A stretch of DNA of 63,885 nucleotides, counting the filler, from Basidiobolus ranarum (lineage: Eukaryota), in assembly GCA_040143965.1 (NCBI GenBank). It is 31 parts of 31 records of this genome, joined end to end, with 100 filler letters (N's around TTAATTAATTAA, not from the genome) between each part and the next. Parts side by side here need not be neighbours in the genome. Positions count along the whole stretch, not along the records: positions 24,833 to 26,798 come from JASJQH010010880.1; positions 26,899 to 28,863 come from JASJQH010010881.1; positions 28,964 to 30,927 come from JASJQH010010882.1; positions 31,028 to 32,991 come from JASJQH010010883.1; positions 33,092 to 35,055 come from JASJQH010010884.1; positions 35,156 to 37,119 come from JASJQH010010885.1; positions 37,220 to 39,181 come from JASJQH010010886.1; 24 more parts are not named here. The stretch is one strand, 5' to 3'. A model generated the notes under the pieces. The model made no database searches. It saw only the letters and a program-made list of their open reading frames with translations, and was not told where the DNA came from. The first letter of the stretch is position 1; every line of letters starts with the position of its first letter. Shown here one piece after another: positions 25,538 through 37,384 of the stretch. A program made the translations under genes and the position numbers.

Positions 25538-26419
25538 TCATATAAAGAACGAAACTGTTGCATACAATGGTATTATCCTTAGTGTTTTCTTTCAGTTTAC
25601 AAATAAAAGTATTATTAGTGATGGGTATTGGGATCGTATTAGGAATAGTAACACTACCAGCCTCGCCACTCTGTGGCATTCAACATTCCAACTGAAGGAA
25701 AAAGAACAACATTGCATATAGCAGAAAATCGTTTATAGAGATACACCAATATGTAACACTCAGTAATTTTTTTGTAACATGCTTCCCAATGTAGATAAAT
25801 AATTAACTTATTGTTGAAAATGACGCAACTTAAGCAATTGTATAGTCATACAGGTAGCTATCTAAATTTCACTACATTATTATTTAGAATCTACATGAGG
25901 AATCTACTTGAAATATTTTTACCACCTTGGAGGTTCTCTGATTATGCGATTTTATAAAACTTGCCTAAAAGACCCCAGAATTTGTACTCTACACATTGGT
26001 TTATCTTCTTCTTGACAAATGTATAAATGTTAACCTGCACTGAATAAATAAGCTAGTAAATATCAAAGTATGTTGGGAGCCTGTTGGAAGTGGTTTGGGG
26101 ATATTGGTGGTTTTCACTTTGATTTATTGAGTAGAAATTTAACACTTACAGAAGGTGCAATGTTTATTTAGAGGTGATAAGAACACACCATGGGGGAGTA
26201 ATCTTTATTTCAATCAATAACAGACTTAAACAAAGAAGCCATTAGGAGTCAACTAATTTCCTACTTAAAATATCTAATTCTTGATTTTATTCTGTTATAT
26301 GCAATAAGCTAAGAGTATATAGCTCTTCTGAAGTAGAAACTAAGTTCAGAGGAACTGGTGGAACAATAAATGCTTAATGAGAAGGTTTTGTATTGCAGAG
26401 TACAGGAAAGTGACACTTA

Positions 26420-26798
26420 CCCTAACAAAAATAAAATCAATTTGATCCAGATTGGATCCACCCTCCAAAATGGCAAAACCATCAGAGAACCATCACAATA
26501 TTGTTGGCTTGCATTCTGCCAGGGATTTTGATCATGTGATGGCGGTTTCTTGATGGTATCTTAGCAGTATTCATATATGTTAAAATATTGATCCTAAAAT
26601 TTAGCATGCATCATTCAATATCCAGCAATTTTTGCAAAAATTTAATTTTTGAATGGCAAATTACTGGGTTTACTGCTGTAGGAATTCGAATTAATATGCA
26701 TGCCTTTATTTAGATATTTTAGGCTTTGTATTCCAGCCATAATGAGAATCAAAAAATACAAGAATCTCGTTGTGTTTAGTCTCTACATATGCACATAT
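26420..26798 (-). mobile_element. CACTA right end
   Basis: CCCTAACAAAAATAAAATCAATTTGATCCAG. An LTR-A fragment lies upstream at about 26061-26150. Confidence 0.9.
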
Positions 26799-26898
26799 NN
26801 NNNNNNNNNNNNNNNNNNNNNNNNNNNNNNNNNNNNNNNNNNTTAATTAATTAANNNNNNNNNNNNNNNNNNNNNNNNNNNNNNNNNNNNNNNNNNNN

Positions 26899-28863
26899 AT
26901 CTAGGATTTTGCAAACTTCATATTCAGGGTGTTCTTCAACTCAGATTGCTGGGGGTGGGTCAATGGATAGGCCCTGGAAGGTGTTTCTGGCATGTAGCTC
27001 TAAGAGAGACACATGGAATACATTGTGGACTTTGAAATGGGCTGGATGTACAAGGCAGAAGGCCACTGAATTGATTTGCTTAATAATCTTAAAAGGCTCT
27101 AGTCTTTTATGATCAAGTTTATCACAAGGTCTAGTGGTTTTGATACTTTTCTGGAGGAGCCAAACATAATCTCCTGGCTTGATATCTGGGCTTGGCTTTC
27201 TTTTCTTATCAGCAAAGTTCTTGTATTGGGATTGAGCATGCTCCAACTCAGATATTAATTGTTTATGGATGTCCTTAAGGAAAGTGGCATGGTCTGAGGC
27301 AGCAGGGCAAGGTAGATTGGATGGTGGGTGAGTTGTAAAACAAGGATGGAATCCATAATTTGTAAAGAAAAGAGTTTGCTTTGTTGAGGTATGATAAGAG
27401 TTGTTGTAAGCAAATTCAGCAAGACTCAAGAGTTCTGTCCAATTATCCTGATTATAGTTTATAGTGCATCACCAAAATTGTTCTAATATTTGATTGACTC
27501 TTTCTGTTTGGCCATCAGATTGGGGATGGAAGGCAGTGGAGGGATTGGCAGAGATACCCAAGATATGGAGGAGACTTTTCCAGAATTTGAAAGCAAACTG
27601 AGGTCCTTGGTCAGAGATGATACTTTCAGGGAGTCCATGTAGGGAGAAGATGTTTTGAGTTACAAATTCTGCTGTTTGTTTTGCATCAATTGACTTGTTG
27701 CAGGGCAAAAAGTTGGCCATCTTTGTTAGATGGTCAACAATTACCAGAATTGAATCATGTTAGGCAGACAATGGTAGATCAGTTATGAAATTCAGGGATA
27801 TGGATTTCCACTTCTGCTCAGGAATTGGAAGATGCTGTAGGAGGCCATAGGGCGGTTGTCTTGGAGTATTCACTTGAGCACAAGTATCACAAGTCAAAGC
27901 GTAAGTCTTGACAAATGAAAACAATTTGTGCTACCAATAATCCTGCAATGCCAACATATATGATTTGGGAACATCAAAGAGTCCTGCTATTGGTGAGTCA
28001 TGTCTTTCCTGCATGATCTTGAGTCTGGAAGTGTGGTCTGGAATGTAAAGTTGCTTCTTATAAAACAAGAGATCATAGATGATAAAGATATGGTGGTACA
28101 GGTTCAAGCTTGAGAGGTCTTTGGGTGTTTTCTGGGCTTTCTTGATTAATATTTCCAATGGGTCTTCAGATTGTAGTTTGCAGATGTTTTCATGGAATGT
28201 GCTTGAACTAGGCAGAGAAAGGGTAGTTGCACTAATTTGAAGTTGGTGGGGCTTCTGTAACCAAGTATTTTGTTGGCCAAAGGCCTCATCCCCTTCTTTA
28301 GTCTGATATTCTGCTCTAGATGATAAAGCATCCAGCTTTCCTTGCTGGCTACCTGGTCAATATGTGACCACAAAATCAAGACTGGCAAGAAATATTGACC
28401 ATCTTGCTTGACAACAGTTGAGAACTTTGGTTGTACTAAAATATTGAAGATTCTTGTGATCACAATAAACTGTGATTTTGTGATTTGCTCCATCCAAATA
28501 TTGTCGCCATTGTGCAAACGCAGCAATAATTGCTAATAGTTCCTTGTCATATATGTCATAGTTGATTTCTGCGGCAGAGAACTTTCTTGAGTAAAAGGCA
28601 ACATGGTTTAGTAAGTTGTCATCATCAAACTGTGATAGTACTGCTCCTAGAGTAAAGTTGGATGCATCAGTTTCAACAATAAATTGCTTCTCTAGCTTGG
28701 GATGTGCCAGAATTGGTGCTGAGGTAAAAGCACCATTTAAAGTTACAAATGCTTGTTGGCAAGATGGGTTCCAGTCAAATGGGAGTTCTTTCTTTGTAAG
28801 GTTTGTTAATGGAGCAGATATTTGGAGTAGTTCTTGACAAGCCATTGGTAAAAGTTTGCAAAT
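26899..28863 (-). mobile_element. Ty3/Gypsy (chromovirus) pol: RT end, RNase H, integrase, chromodomain start
   Basis: FIVETDASNFTLGAVLSQ...VAFYSRKFSAAEINYDIYDKELLAI...DHKNL; HNVFHVSLLE...PPPAI*VEEHPEYEVCKILD. Confidence 0.95.
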
Positions 28864-28963
28864 NNNNNNNNNNNNNNNNNNNNNNNNNNNNNNNNNNNNN
28901 NNNNNNNTTAATTAATTAANNNNNNNNNNNNNNNNNNNNNNNNNNNNNNNNNNNNNNNNNNNN

Positions 28964-30927
28964 AGAACGAGATCTGACGCTTCATCCGACATCACCAACT
29001 CTATGTCTTTGTCCACCAGACGCTTAGCAATCCGGTCCACCTGGATCTTGACAATCTCCCGCAAATTGTCTTGCGAGAGTGGTGAGAAGATAACAATGTC
29101 GTCCAACCGGTTGAGGAACTCAGGTCTAAAGTGACCCTTCACTTGTCCCATGACCAGTTGCTTCGTGTTGTCATCCAATACTCCGGCATTGATGGGGTTT
29201 CCCAGCGTACTCAAGATCAACTCTTGCCCAACATTCGATGTGAGAATGATCACTGTGTTGCTAAAGTCCACAACTCTTCCCTGGCCATCTGTCAAGCGGG
29301 CATCATCCAGCACTTCCAGTAGTACATTCAGTACCTGTGGATGTGCTTTCTCCACCTCATCAAACAGGACTACCGAATAAGGCTTGCGACGAACCACCTC
29401 TGTAAGCTGTCCACCTTCTTCATGTCCAACGTAGCCAGGGGGAGCTCCGATCAGACGCGCTACCGAGTGAGGCTCCATATACTCCGACATATCAATGCGC
29501 ACCATGTACTTCTCATCATCAAAGAGCTCGGCAGCAAGACTCTTTGCGAGTTCTGTCTTACCGACTCCCGTGGGTCCGAGAAACAGGAATGAGCCGATCG
29601 GCTGGTTCTCACGGGCAAGGCCAGCGCGGGATCTGAGAATGGCCTCGGAGACTGCTGTGACCGCTTCGTTTTGCCCAATCACTCGTTCGGCGAGTTTGTC
29701 GCTCAATGCGAGTAGTCGATCAATCTGTGTTTTGGAGAGGCGGGTGACGGGGATTCCGGTCCACCTACTCACCACCTCCATAATCTGCTCTGGTCCAACA
29801 ATCTCCGTTAGAAGGCGGTCACTTGCTTCCGCATCCTCCATCTCCTCATCTTGTTGCTTCTTCTCGCTCGAGAGTTGTGCAATCCGTCTTTCAATGTCAG
29901 GAATGGCGTAGTACCGAATATCGGCTGCTTGAGCTACGTCACGGTGACGTTCAGCCTCATCTGCCTTGTGACGAAGTTCTTCGAGTTTCTGGTTGAGTTG
30001 TCGGACTTCGTCCAAGCTTCCTTTCTCTGTCTGGTACTTGAGCTTCAGTGGTCTAAGTTCTTCTTCAATCTTATTCATCTCTTCTTGCACCTTTTGGAGA
30101 CGTTGTTGACTGGCTGGGTCTTTTTCCTTGCCTAGCGCCGTCGCCTCAACTTCGAGCTGCAAGTGCCGTCTCTCGAGTTGGTCAATGATCTCAGGTTGCG
30201 AGTCGAGTTGCACACGAGTGTTTGCACAGGCTTCATCCATAAGGTCAATCGCCTTGTCAGGTAAGAACCTGTTCGTGATGTACCTGTCGGACAGTTGAGC
30301 TGCTGCAACCAGCGCTGTATCTAGAATCTTTACACCATGATGTGTCTCATACTTCTCTTTGAGACCACGAAGGATACTGACTGTGTCAACTACACTTGGT
30401 TCTCCTACTAGCACTTGCTGGAACCGACGTTCGAAAGCCGCATCTTTCTCGACATGCTTCTTGTACTCGTTCAGAGTGGTGGCACCAATGCAGCGGAGTT
30501 CGCCACGAGCAAGCATTGGTTTCAGTAAATTGGCTGCATCCATAGAGCCCTCGCTTTTACCAGCACCTAATACAAGGTGAATTTCATCGATGAAAAGAAT
30601 GATGGGTGTCTCGGAATCTTTGATTTCCTTCAGGACTCCCTTGAGTCTTTCCTCGAACTCACCCCGATATTTGGCTCCAGCAACTAAGGCACCCATATCT
30701 AGGGAGTAAAGTCTGCATTGTAGATTTATAGGCACATCTTTGCGGACTATTCTGGCGGCAAGACCTTCGACTACAGCAGTCTTACCAACACCTGGTTCTC
30801 CGATTAAGACTGGGTTATTCTTAGTTCTACGGGACAGGACACGGATCACTCGGCGAATTTCTTCATCACGGCCAATCACAGGATCCAGTTTTCCCTTCTC
30901 AGCCATCTCGGTCATATCAATCGCATA
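28964..30927 (-). CDS. HSP104: Hsp104/Hsp101-type ClpB disaggregase, internal fragment (NBD1, middle domain, NBD2)
   Basis: Uninterrupted ORF with [49 protein letters not shown] and [10 protein letters not shown]. Confidence 0.93.
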
Positions 30928-31027
30928 NNNNNNNNNNNNNNNNNNNNNNNNNNNNNNNNNNNNNNNNNNNNTTAATTAATTAANNNNNNNNNNNNNNNNN
31001 NNNNNNNNNNNNNNNNNNNNNNNNNNN

Positions 31028-31195
31028 ATACACAACTATTTTGCAAGATCTTGAAATTTCACTCCTGAAACTGAAAAATTGATTAAAATCAAATTTAACT
31101 TGACAATTTTATGATGGGAAGTAAATGGTCAACCCCAAATGGATTAATATTGTGAAATTTTTCCTACAATAAAAATCCTCAAATTGCTGTCAGGG
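31028..31195 (-). mobile_element. CACTA left end (TIR ...AATTGCTGTCAGGG)
   Basis: Matches 7360-7514 and the reverse complement of 55496-55658. Confidence 0.8.
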
Positions 31196-31329
31196 TGGTA
31201 TCTACCAGATAGCTGGAAGAATATGGATTCAGCAATATAGATATAATGATGGACTTTGATAGATATATTAACAAAAACTTGTGTTGTATATGTGCTAAAC
31301 CTTGGGTATAAAGAATTGTATTTTGATGG

Positions 31330-32800
31330 TATTTTTACATGGTAAAATATTGATTCACACATTTGCTATTTGTTATTTAATTTCCAACAATGATTGCAAA
31401 AACTGATTTTCAAATGGCAAATTACAGGTTTACTGCTATATGAGTTCAGATTAATATTCATGCCTTTATTTAGATAGTTTAAGCTTTGTACTTCAGCCAT
31501 AATGAGAATTGATTGATACAGGAATCTTGTTATGTTTAGTCTCCACATATGTACATACCTGATTAATCATACTTAACTCAACAACATTATTATGCTTTAC
31601 CAGCATACTAATGGTGGAAAAATTGCTCAACATCTGAGATTTTGAATAACACTGACACTTTGCAAATAGCTGACTTTTGTTACCATTCACACCAAGAATA
31701 AGCTCATGGGCTTTGGCAAATATATGTTAAGAATTCAGCCAAAATATCTCCAATTTGCAATCAATAAGTGTCCAGTCACAAGCAGATAGATCTTTGCCTG
31801 AATAGATGGCCCCATGGCTATAACAAAAATACTGTGCATCTAAATCTGTCTCACCAAGAAGTCTGTCTTGCAGCTTTCCTAGTAGTACAATCAGATTATC
31901 ACACCAACAAGTTAGTCCATATTATAGGGGTGCTTACCCTAAGTCCAAGGATTGGGTTTTGTTGCTGCTATTGTGCTCACACAATGCAAAAACTCATTAG
32001 CACATTGAAAAGAGCCCATTGTTGGAAGATTAAAATACTCTGGAGTCTCCTTTCCTTATTGCATTACTTCCATCACTTATTTTGCTGATAAATTGTTAAT
32101 CAGATTAGCATATGGTCATACTGACAATTTCACATGGAGCACCATTTCACTGCTGGTGCAATGCATTGGGAACTCCTAGAATGTATAGCAAGGGACTATA
32201 ATCTCTAAGCATTGGGAAAGATGCAGCAGGGAATGTGTTAAACACCAGCATAGATTCAATCTATCTTCCTTATACCTGTAATAAAGTTCTACATATCCAA
32301 GTACAAAATCTTTGCACAGTTACTGTATCTGCCCAAGTTCTGCAATGTCAGTTGATGCCATAAGAATATATAACAATAACCATAAACAACACCCAATGTT
32401 GCCAATACTTATCAGGCAGAAATCTATTCAAAATTTAACCTGAATATATACAAATCTAATACTTCCAGTTTTTGCATTTGAATAAACACCTAGATGAGTG
32501 ATTGTTAATGGGAGTCCTGGTAGAATATGATGATATTGTGATGTTTTCAAGCATTTTCCCAATTGATTCAAACTTTTATCCAATCTTGAATGGCTCATTC
32601 ATATTGGATGTTCCAATATATCACTGAGTAAGTAGTATTAGAATGTTATTGAATACTAAGTGCATAGTGCCTACTGAGAAGCTCTGGCTCTAGCTGATCC
32701 TCTTTAGCAATATAATATTAGGCTTATGGCCAATGCCAAGTTTGATGTTAGACTGACTGTTTGGTGAATAGATATCAGTGATCATGCTGAAATATGACCG
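31330..32800 (-). mobile_element. CACTA transposase C-terminal half, degenerate
   Basis: Homologous to 44070-44856 and 150-1130. Confidence 0.88.
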
Positions 32801-33091
32801 GTGCAGTGGGGTAGCATGGCTACCCATTGGCAGATTGACTTATTTTCACTCCAAGCTCACATTGTTACTATTGCTCAATTTCAATTTTCTTAATCATATT
32901 TGACTTAACCATATTTTCTAGCCAATGATATTGCATCATTATTTTTATCCCTTATTATTTCAGATTTATCAGTATTAGCCCATATTAGACCNNNNNNNNN
33001 NNNNNNNNNNNNNNNNNNNNNNNNNNNNNNNNNNNTTAATTAATTAANNNNNNNNNNNNNNNNNNNNNNNNNNNNNNNNNNNNNNNNNNNN

Positions 33092-34710
33092 ATTTCCAAT
33101 GGCCACATAGGCTGGAATTAATCATAGCAAGATTCTGTGTGGACATGATCTAGCCAGAGCTTCAAAATGGCTGTCTGTAATGTTTTCCATATATGCAACC
33201 CTCACACAGATTCAATTTAGTGATGTTTCCAGTTACTAAGCCTGAAACAAGCTGATTTCAGATCATTTGGGTCAGATTTTGTTCCCAATTGTGGCCTAAT
33301 CTTCAATGCCACCTTTGACAGCTTATTTCACTTGTTTTGGTCAAGCTTGAATGCTCAGAATCCAATTTTTTGATTCCTAGCTTGTATAAGTTTTGAGTTT
33401 TGATCCCAATATCTTATTTGGTATTATTCTGATCTGTGATATGGTATCCAGCTTTGCTGAACACAAAATTTAGTCCTCAAGTTTTTGCTTGGCTTACTGA
33501 GAGTAGATTTGTGGCTATATTTGGTACATAGAGTACATCATTCCATTTTGCAGAAGGTGAAACTGAATTTTGGTCTATATTGAGCACAACTGTGCCCTTA
33601 CCAACTGCATATAGTGCATAGTCTTCACCTAAGTAGACTGTCCTTGTTTGCATAGGTCTCAAGCTGGGAAACCAATCTTTCTTGTTTGACATCTGCTAGG
33701 ATGCTCCTGAATCTATATACCACATTTCTGAGTCTTCCTTAGTGGTTACTAACAGTGCAGGCACAAATAGATAATTTTATCAGTGCTTACTTGGGTTGTT
33801 TGTTCCAATTTTAGCTTTTTGGCAAACATCCTTTTTGTGTAATCTTTGATCAAATGGCCTGATTGCTTGAGGTGGTTACTGATGGGGTAGACACAAATAG
33901 ATGAAACCTGTCAGGCTTACACAAGTTGCTTGTTCTAATTTTAGCTTTTTGGCAAAAATCCTTTTTCTGCAATCTTTGATTAAATGGCCTGGTTTCTTGT
34001 AATACTGGCAAATGCTTGATTTTCTTTTAGAGGCACCATTATTGAAGCCTGTTGGACATTTTACAGCTCCAAAAAATGCCTGGTCTGCATTATTTTGCTG
34101 TGAATTGGATATTAGATCTTCTTATTTCCTCAATCAATAGCCTAGCACCAATGTATCCCATTAGTAATGGCTGTGATCTTGATTCTAAGGCAATTATGAG
34201 GATCCTAAACTTGTTTGCAGGCACCCAAGTAGTGTCATGACTAAATCATCTTCATTCAGAGGTGCTCCAATGGATGAGAGCCTATCAGTCATAGTTTTCA
34301 TCCATTTTATACAATTAAGTGTAGATTCTTCAAAATTCATCTGAATTGAGAATATATTTTGCCTAAGATGTAGGCTATTAGCCAGACTTCTGGTCTCATA
34401 TAGTTGCTCAAGTGTTTCCCAAACAGTTTGGACATTTTTGGCATATTGTTTGTGCCTCAATTGAGGGTCTCTTAGTTGTAGACAAAGTGTAGGGAGTGCT
34501 TTCCTCTGCTTCTTGTGAAAGGCAAGGAGAGCTTATGGTGGTCCCTTTGTTTCTATTTCTTCTCCTGTAACAAAACCCCAAAGGTCCTTGTTTTCTAGCA
34601 CCATTTGCATCTTGAACTTCCAATGATAAAAGTCTTCACCATCAAACTTCTCTGTGGATGCAAAAAATTTGGTAATAGAACTGGTTGACATTCCTTTAAC
34701 AGCTAGCGTG
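33092..34710 (-). mobile_element. Ty1/Copia gag-protease-GAG-pre-integrase, degenerate
   Basis: EKFDGEDFYHWKFKMQMVLENKDLWGFVTG; WETLEQLYE; WYIDSGAS; DVLYVPNIATNLLSVSQ. A local duplication lies at about 33765 and 33890. Confidence 0.92.
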
Positions 34711-34722
34711 GGGCTCATGACC
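34711..34722 (-). promoter_or_regulatory. Primer-binding site GGTCATGAGCCC directly after an LTR end (...TTTTGTCA, LTR about 34723-34950)
   Basis: Resembles the GGTTATGRGCCC PBS of copia elements primed by an internal fragment of tRNA-iMet. Confidence 0.7.
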
Positions 34723-35780
34723 TGACAAAAGTGTTTAGGGGATTTGTAAGTGTATTGGACAAGATTTGGATTTGTGAATTAGACGCTTAAGTTTTATTGA
34801 ATTGAATTTGTCCTACTTATAGTTTACTATAAAATGGGACTCTTGGACTTGCTCAGATCATAGCAAACATGTCTGTTAAGCATGGGTGAAAATTTGAGGT
34901 GATTTGGAGAAGATTTGAGACAAGAGTGAATAGTAGTAAAAGTATCAACTCATATTGGCAGATCTCAGGCATATACAGCAACTGTGCAAAGATTTTGTAA
35001 TTGGATATGCAAAACTTTATTACAGGTTCAAAGCAGATAGACTGAATCTATGCTGNNNNNNNNNNNNNNNNNNNNNNNNNNNNNNNNNNNNNNNNNNNNT
35101 TAATTAATTAANNNNNNNNNNNNNNNNNNNNNNNNNNNNNNNNNNNNNNNNNNNNAACTACCATATAGTTACAACTCGGTGATATCTTACTGAATTCACT
35201 CTAATCAATTGTCATGATAACTACAAGTATGATGTTGAAGATTTAGATTACTATATCTAACTCAATTTTGTACTATCTGACTGCTTTATGTAGAGTATTG
35301 TTTAGGGGAAGAGCTGATTACCCATGATCAAATAGATATAATTGGTTGAATATCCGATTTTTTTTCCTTTTTGGGTAGAGATTATCTTCCAAGGTTTCTT
35401 GTTTAAACCGTGGTTCGCTGTCTAGATGTGAATATTGATATCTATGAAGTCAAGAATATTTTCAAAAGAGAACTGCCACTCAATAAAAAATTACGATAAG
35501 TAGAAGAAATCCATAATCACAATCCTATAGAATCAAGATTACTATTTGCTGCAGTTTTAGTGTTAACAGTATACGACATTCACGCATAAAGTAAATGTAA
35601 ATCGCAGTATCCGTACACTAATCTTATATATCTTTAATCGGCATGAGAATTTGAAGACTATTCTAAAAATTACGTATCTCTTGGAATTCCACGGTGCCAA
35701 CAAATGACTAAATTGGTTTGAATCAATCATATGTTTTGAGTAAATTCTACCACTCATAAGGAATTTACTTCTTTAAAAAA

Positions 35781-35855
35781 TGATGAGAGTGGGGTTCGAG
35801 CCCACGCCCCCTGAGAGACCTGAACGTAGCGCTTAGACTAGTCGGCCATCTCATC
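35781..35855 (-). tRNA. tRNA-Leu(CAG)-derived pseudo-tRNA
   Basis: Acceptor stem GATGAGA/TCTCATC, T-stem GTGGG/CCCAC, loop TT-CAG-GT, and T6 downstream. The 3' anticodon-stem strand is missing and the T-loop reads CTCGAAC. Confidence 0.8.
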
Positions 35856-37219
35856 ATTTTATCATTGTTACGGTTGAGTTCCTGAGGTGAGAGAAAATCC
35901 CAAATTGAGTTATTGGCTGATTTTCTTTATTTCGATTTGTGCTATTTTATAGGGTAGAGGTGGGAGAAATCGAGTGACATTTCTGCCTAATTTGGGAGTG
36001 TTCGATTTTCGAAACTTTTGAGTAAAACGAAGGGTCATTTCCAATGTCTCGTAACTTTGGTTCCTAATGTTTGACTTCTCTAAAATTTATAACATAGCTA
36101 GATAATTGGTGCAAAAATGACATGCTAAGATATAGTTTCATTTCATTCGCTAGTTGAGGAAATATTTGCTTTTTGTAACGTTTTTGATGATTGTGAGACG
36201 AGTAGGAGGTGTGAGATGTTGAGACTTTGTGAAAGTTGAGTGTAATGAATGGGGAGTAGGTGTTAAAATATGGTAGGGATTGGCTCGGTATTTTGTACCG
36301 AAAAATGCCACCGCTTTTGTATCATAATTCAATATCGTAACAACATATTTGCCATAATATATTGTCTCAGAATCAAAGGCATCTTTCGATACAAAATACG
36401 GTCCCAATCCTCGCTACATTTCACAACCTTATTTATCATCAACCAAGTTAGATCTTCAGGCCCTCACCTGTGCCACACTCCTCATAATCTTCCAAAACGT
36501 GCCGGAAATACCAGTAGCTGACGAAACCTCCCCAACTTTTACAATAGTGTATACCTATCATTGCTCCCAAGTTAGTACAAATTTTAGAATATGACCATCG
36601 GTAACCAGTCATCACGACCACTCAAATTTGGCCCCGATCTACCTTACAGACCAATCCTAATAAGGTTAATCAGTTATCTATTATCTAATTTAGGAATTTT
36701 ACTCACCTCAAGAACTCAGACTAGTTGCTGTAATAGTGCTGTAGAAGGCTTAGTACCGAGGACACTTTGGGAATAGCTGTCAACCTGAAGCCTCTTCTAT
36801 CAGGGCATCCTCCCCCTCCCTTGACCCAATAAAACTAGCTATGATTATCGTAACCCAATATGATGTTGTTATGATCCAGATTCGCTTCTAGATACTCTTT
36901 TGATAGACACATCCCCATATTTGGAATATATTTGTTCCAAGTCGATGCTATCAGTTTTATTTGGAAAATCTACCGATTAATATCCTACTCACTTTTCTAC
37001 TATATAAACCGAAGTATTTATGTCGAGAAGATCATCATTTACTTGATAAGCATCTCTTTCTACGAAACCCGCCTAGCACAAACCAAGAATGAAGCACGTG
37101 GATTTGGTGATATGCGATTNNNNNNNNNNNNNNNNNNNNNNNNNNNNNNNNNNNNNNNNNNNNTTAATTAATTAANNNNNNNNNNNNNNNNNNNNNNNNN
37201 NNNNNNNNNNNNNNNNNNN

Positions 37220-37384
37220 TTTAACATGTATGAATACCGCCAAGATACCGTCAAGAAACCGCCGTCACCCCATCAAAATCCCTGGCAGAATGCAAGCCAA
37301 CGATATTGTGACGGTTCTCTGACGGTTTTGTTATTTCGGAGGGTGGATCCGATCCGGATCAAATCGATTTTATTTTTGTTAGGG
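37220..37384 (+). mobile_element. CACTA right end, most CpG-rich copy, inserted in Copia RNase H
   Basis: Ends ...ATCGATTTTATTTTTGTTAGGG and has 11 CpG in 165 bp. Confidence 0.92.

Noticed and set aside
28964-30927. Bacterial clpB contamination or HGT (intronless, GC-richer)
   Set aside because: The [15 protein letters not shown]...KEKD.AS..RL middle domain fits eukaryotic cytosolic Hsp104/Hsp101 better. A phylogeny would settle it.
29131-30979. Plus-strand ORFs overlapping HSP104, and likewise those at 22296-22722 and 42880-43351
   Set aside because: They are antisense or off-frame shadows of HSP104, EFL and RPS17.
32804-32830. Hairpin CAGTGGGGTAGC-ATG-GCTACCCATTG as a Helitron 3' end
   Set aside because: No CTRR terminus at the expected distance and only one copy in the window.
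35781-35855. TCA-anticodon (selenocysteine or opal suppressor) tRNA suggested by TTCA
   Set aside because: The 7/5 acceptor/T stems and D-arm are Leu-type, the loop register gives CAG, and no anticodon stem forms around TCA.
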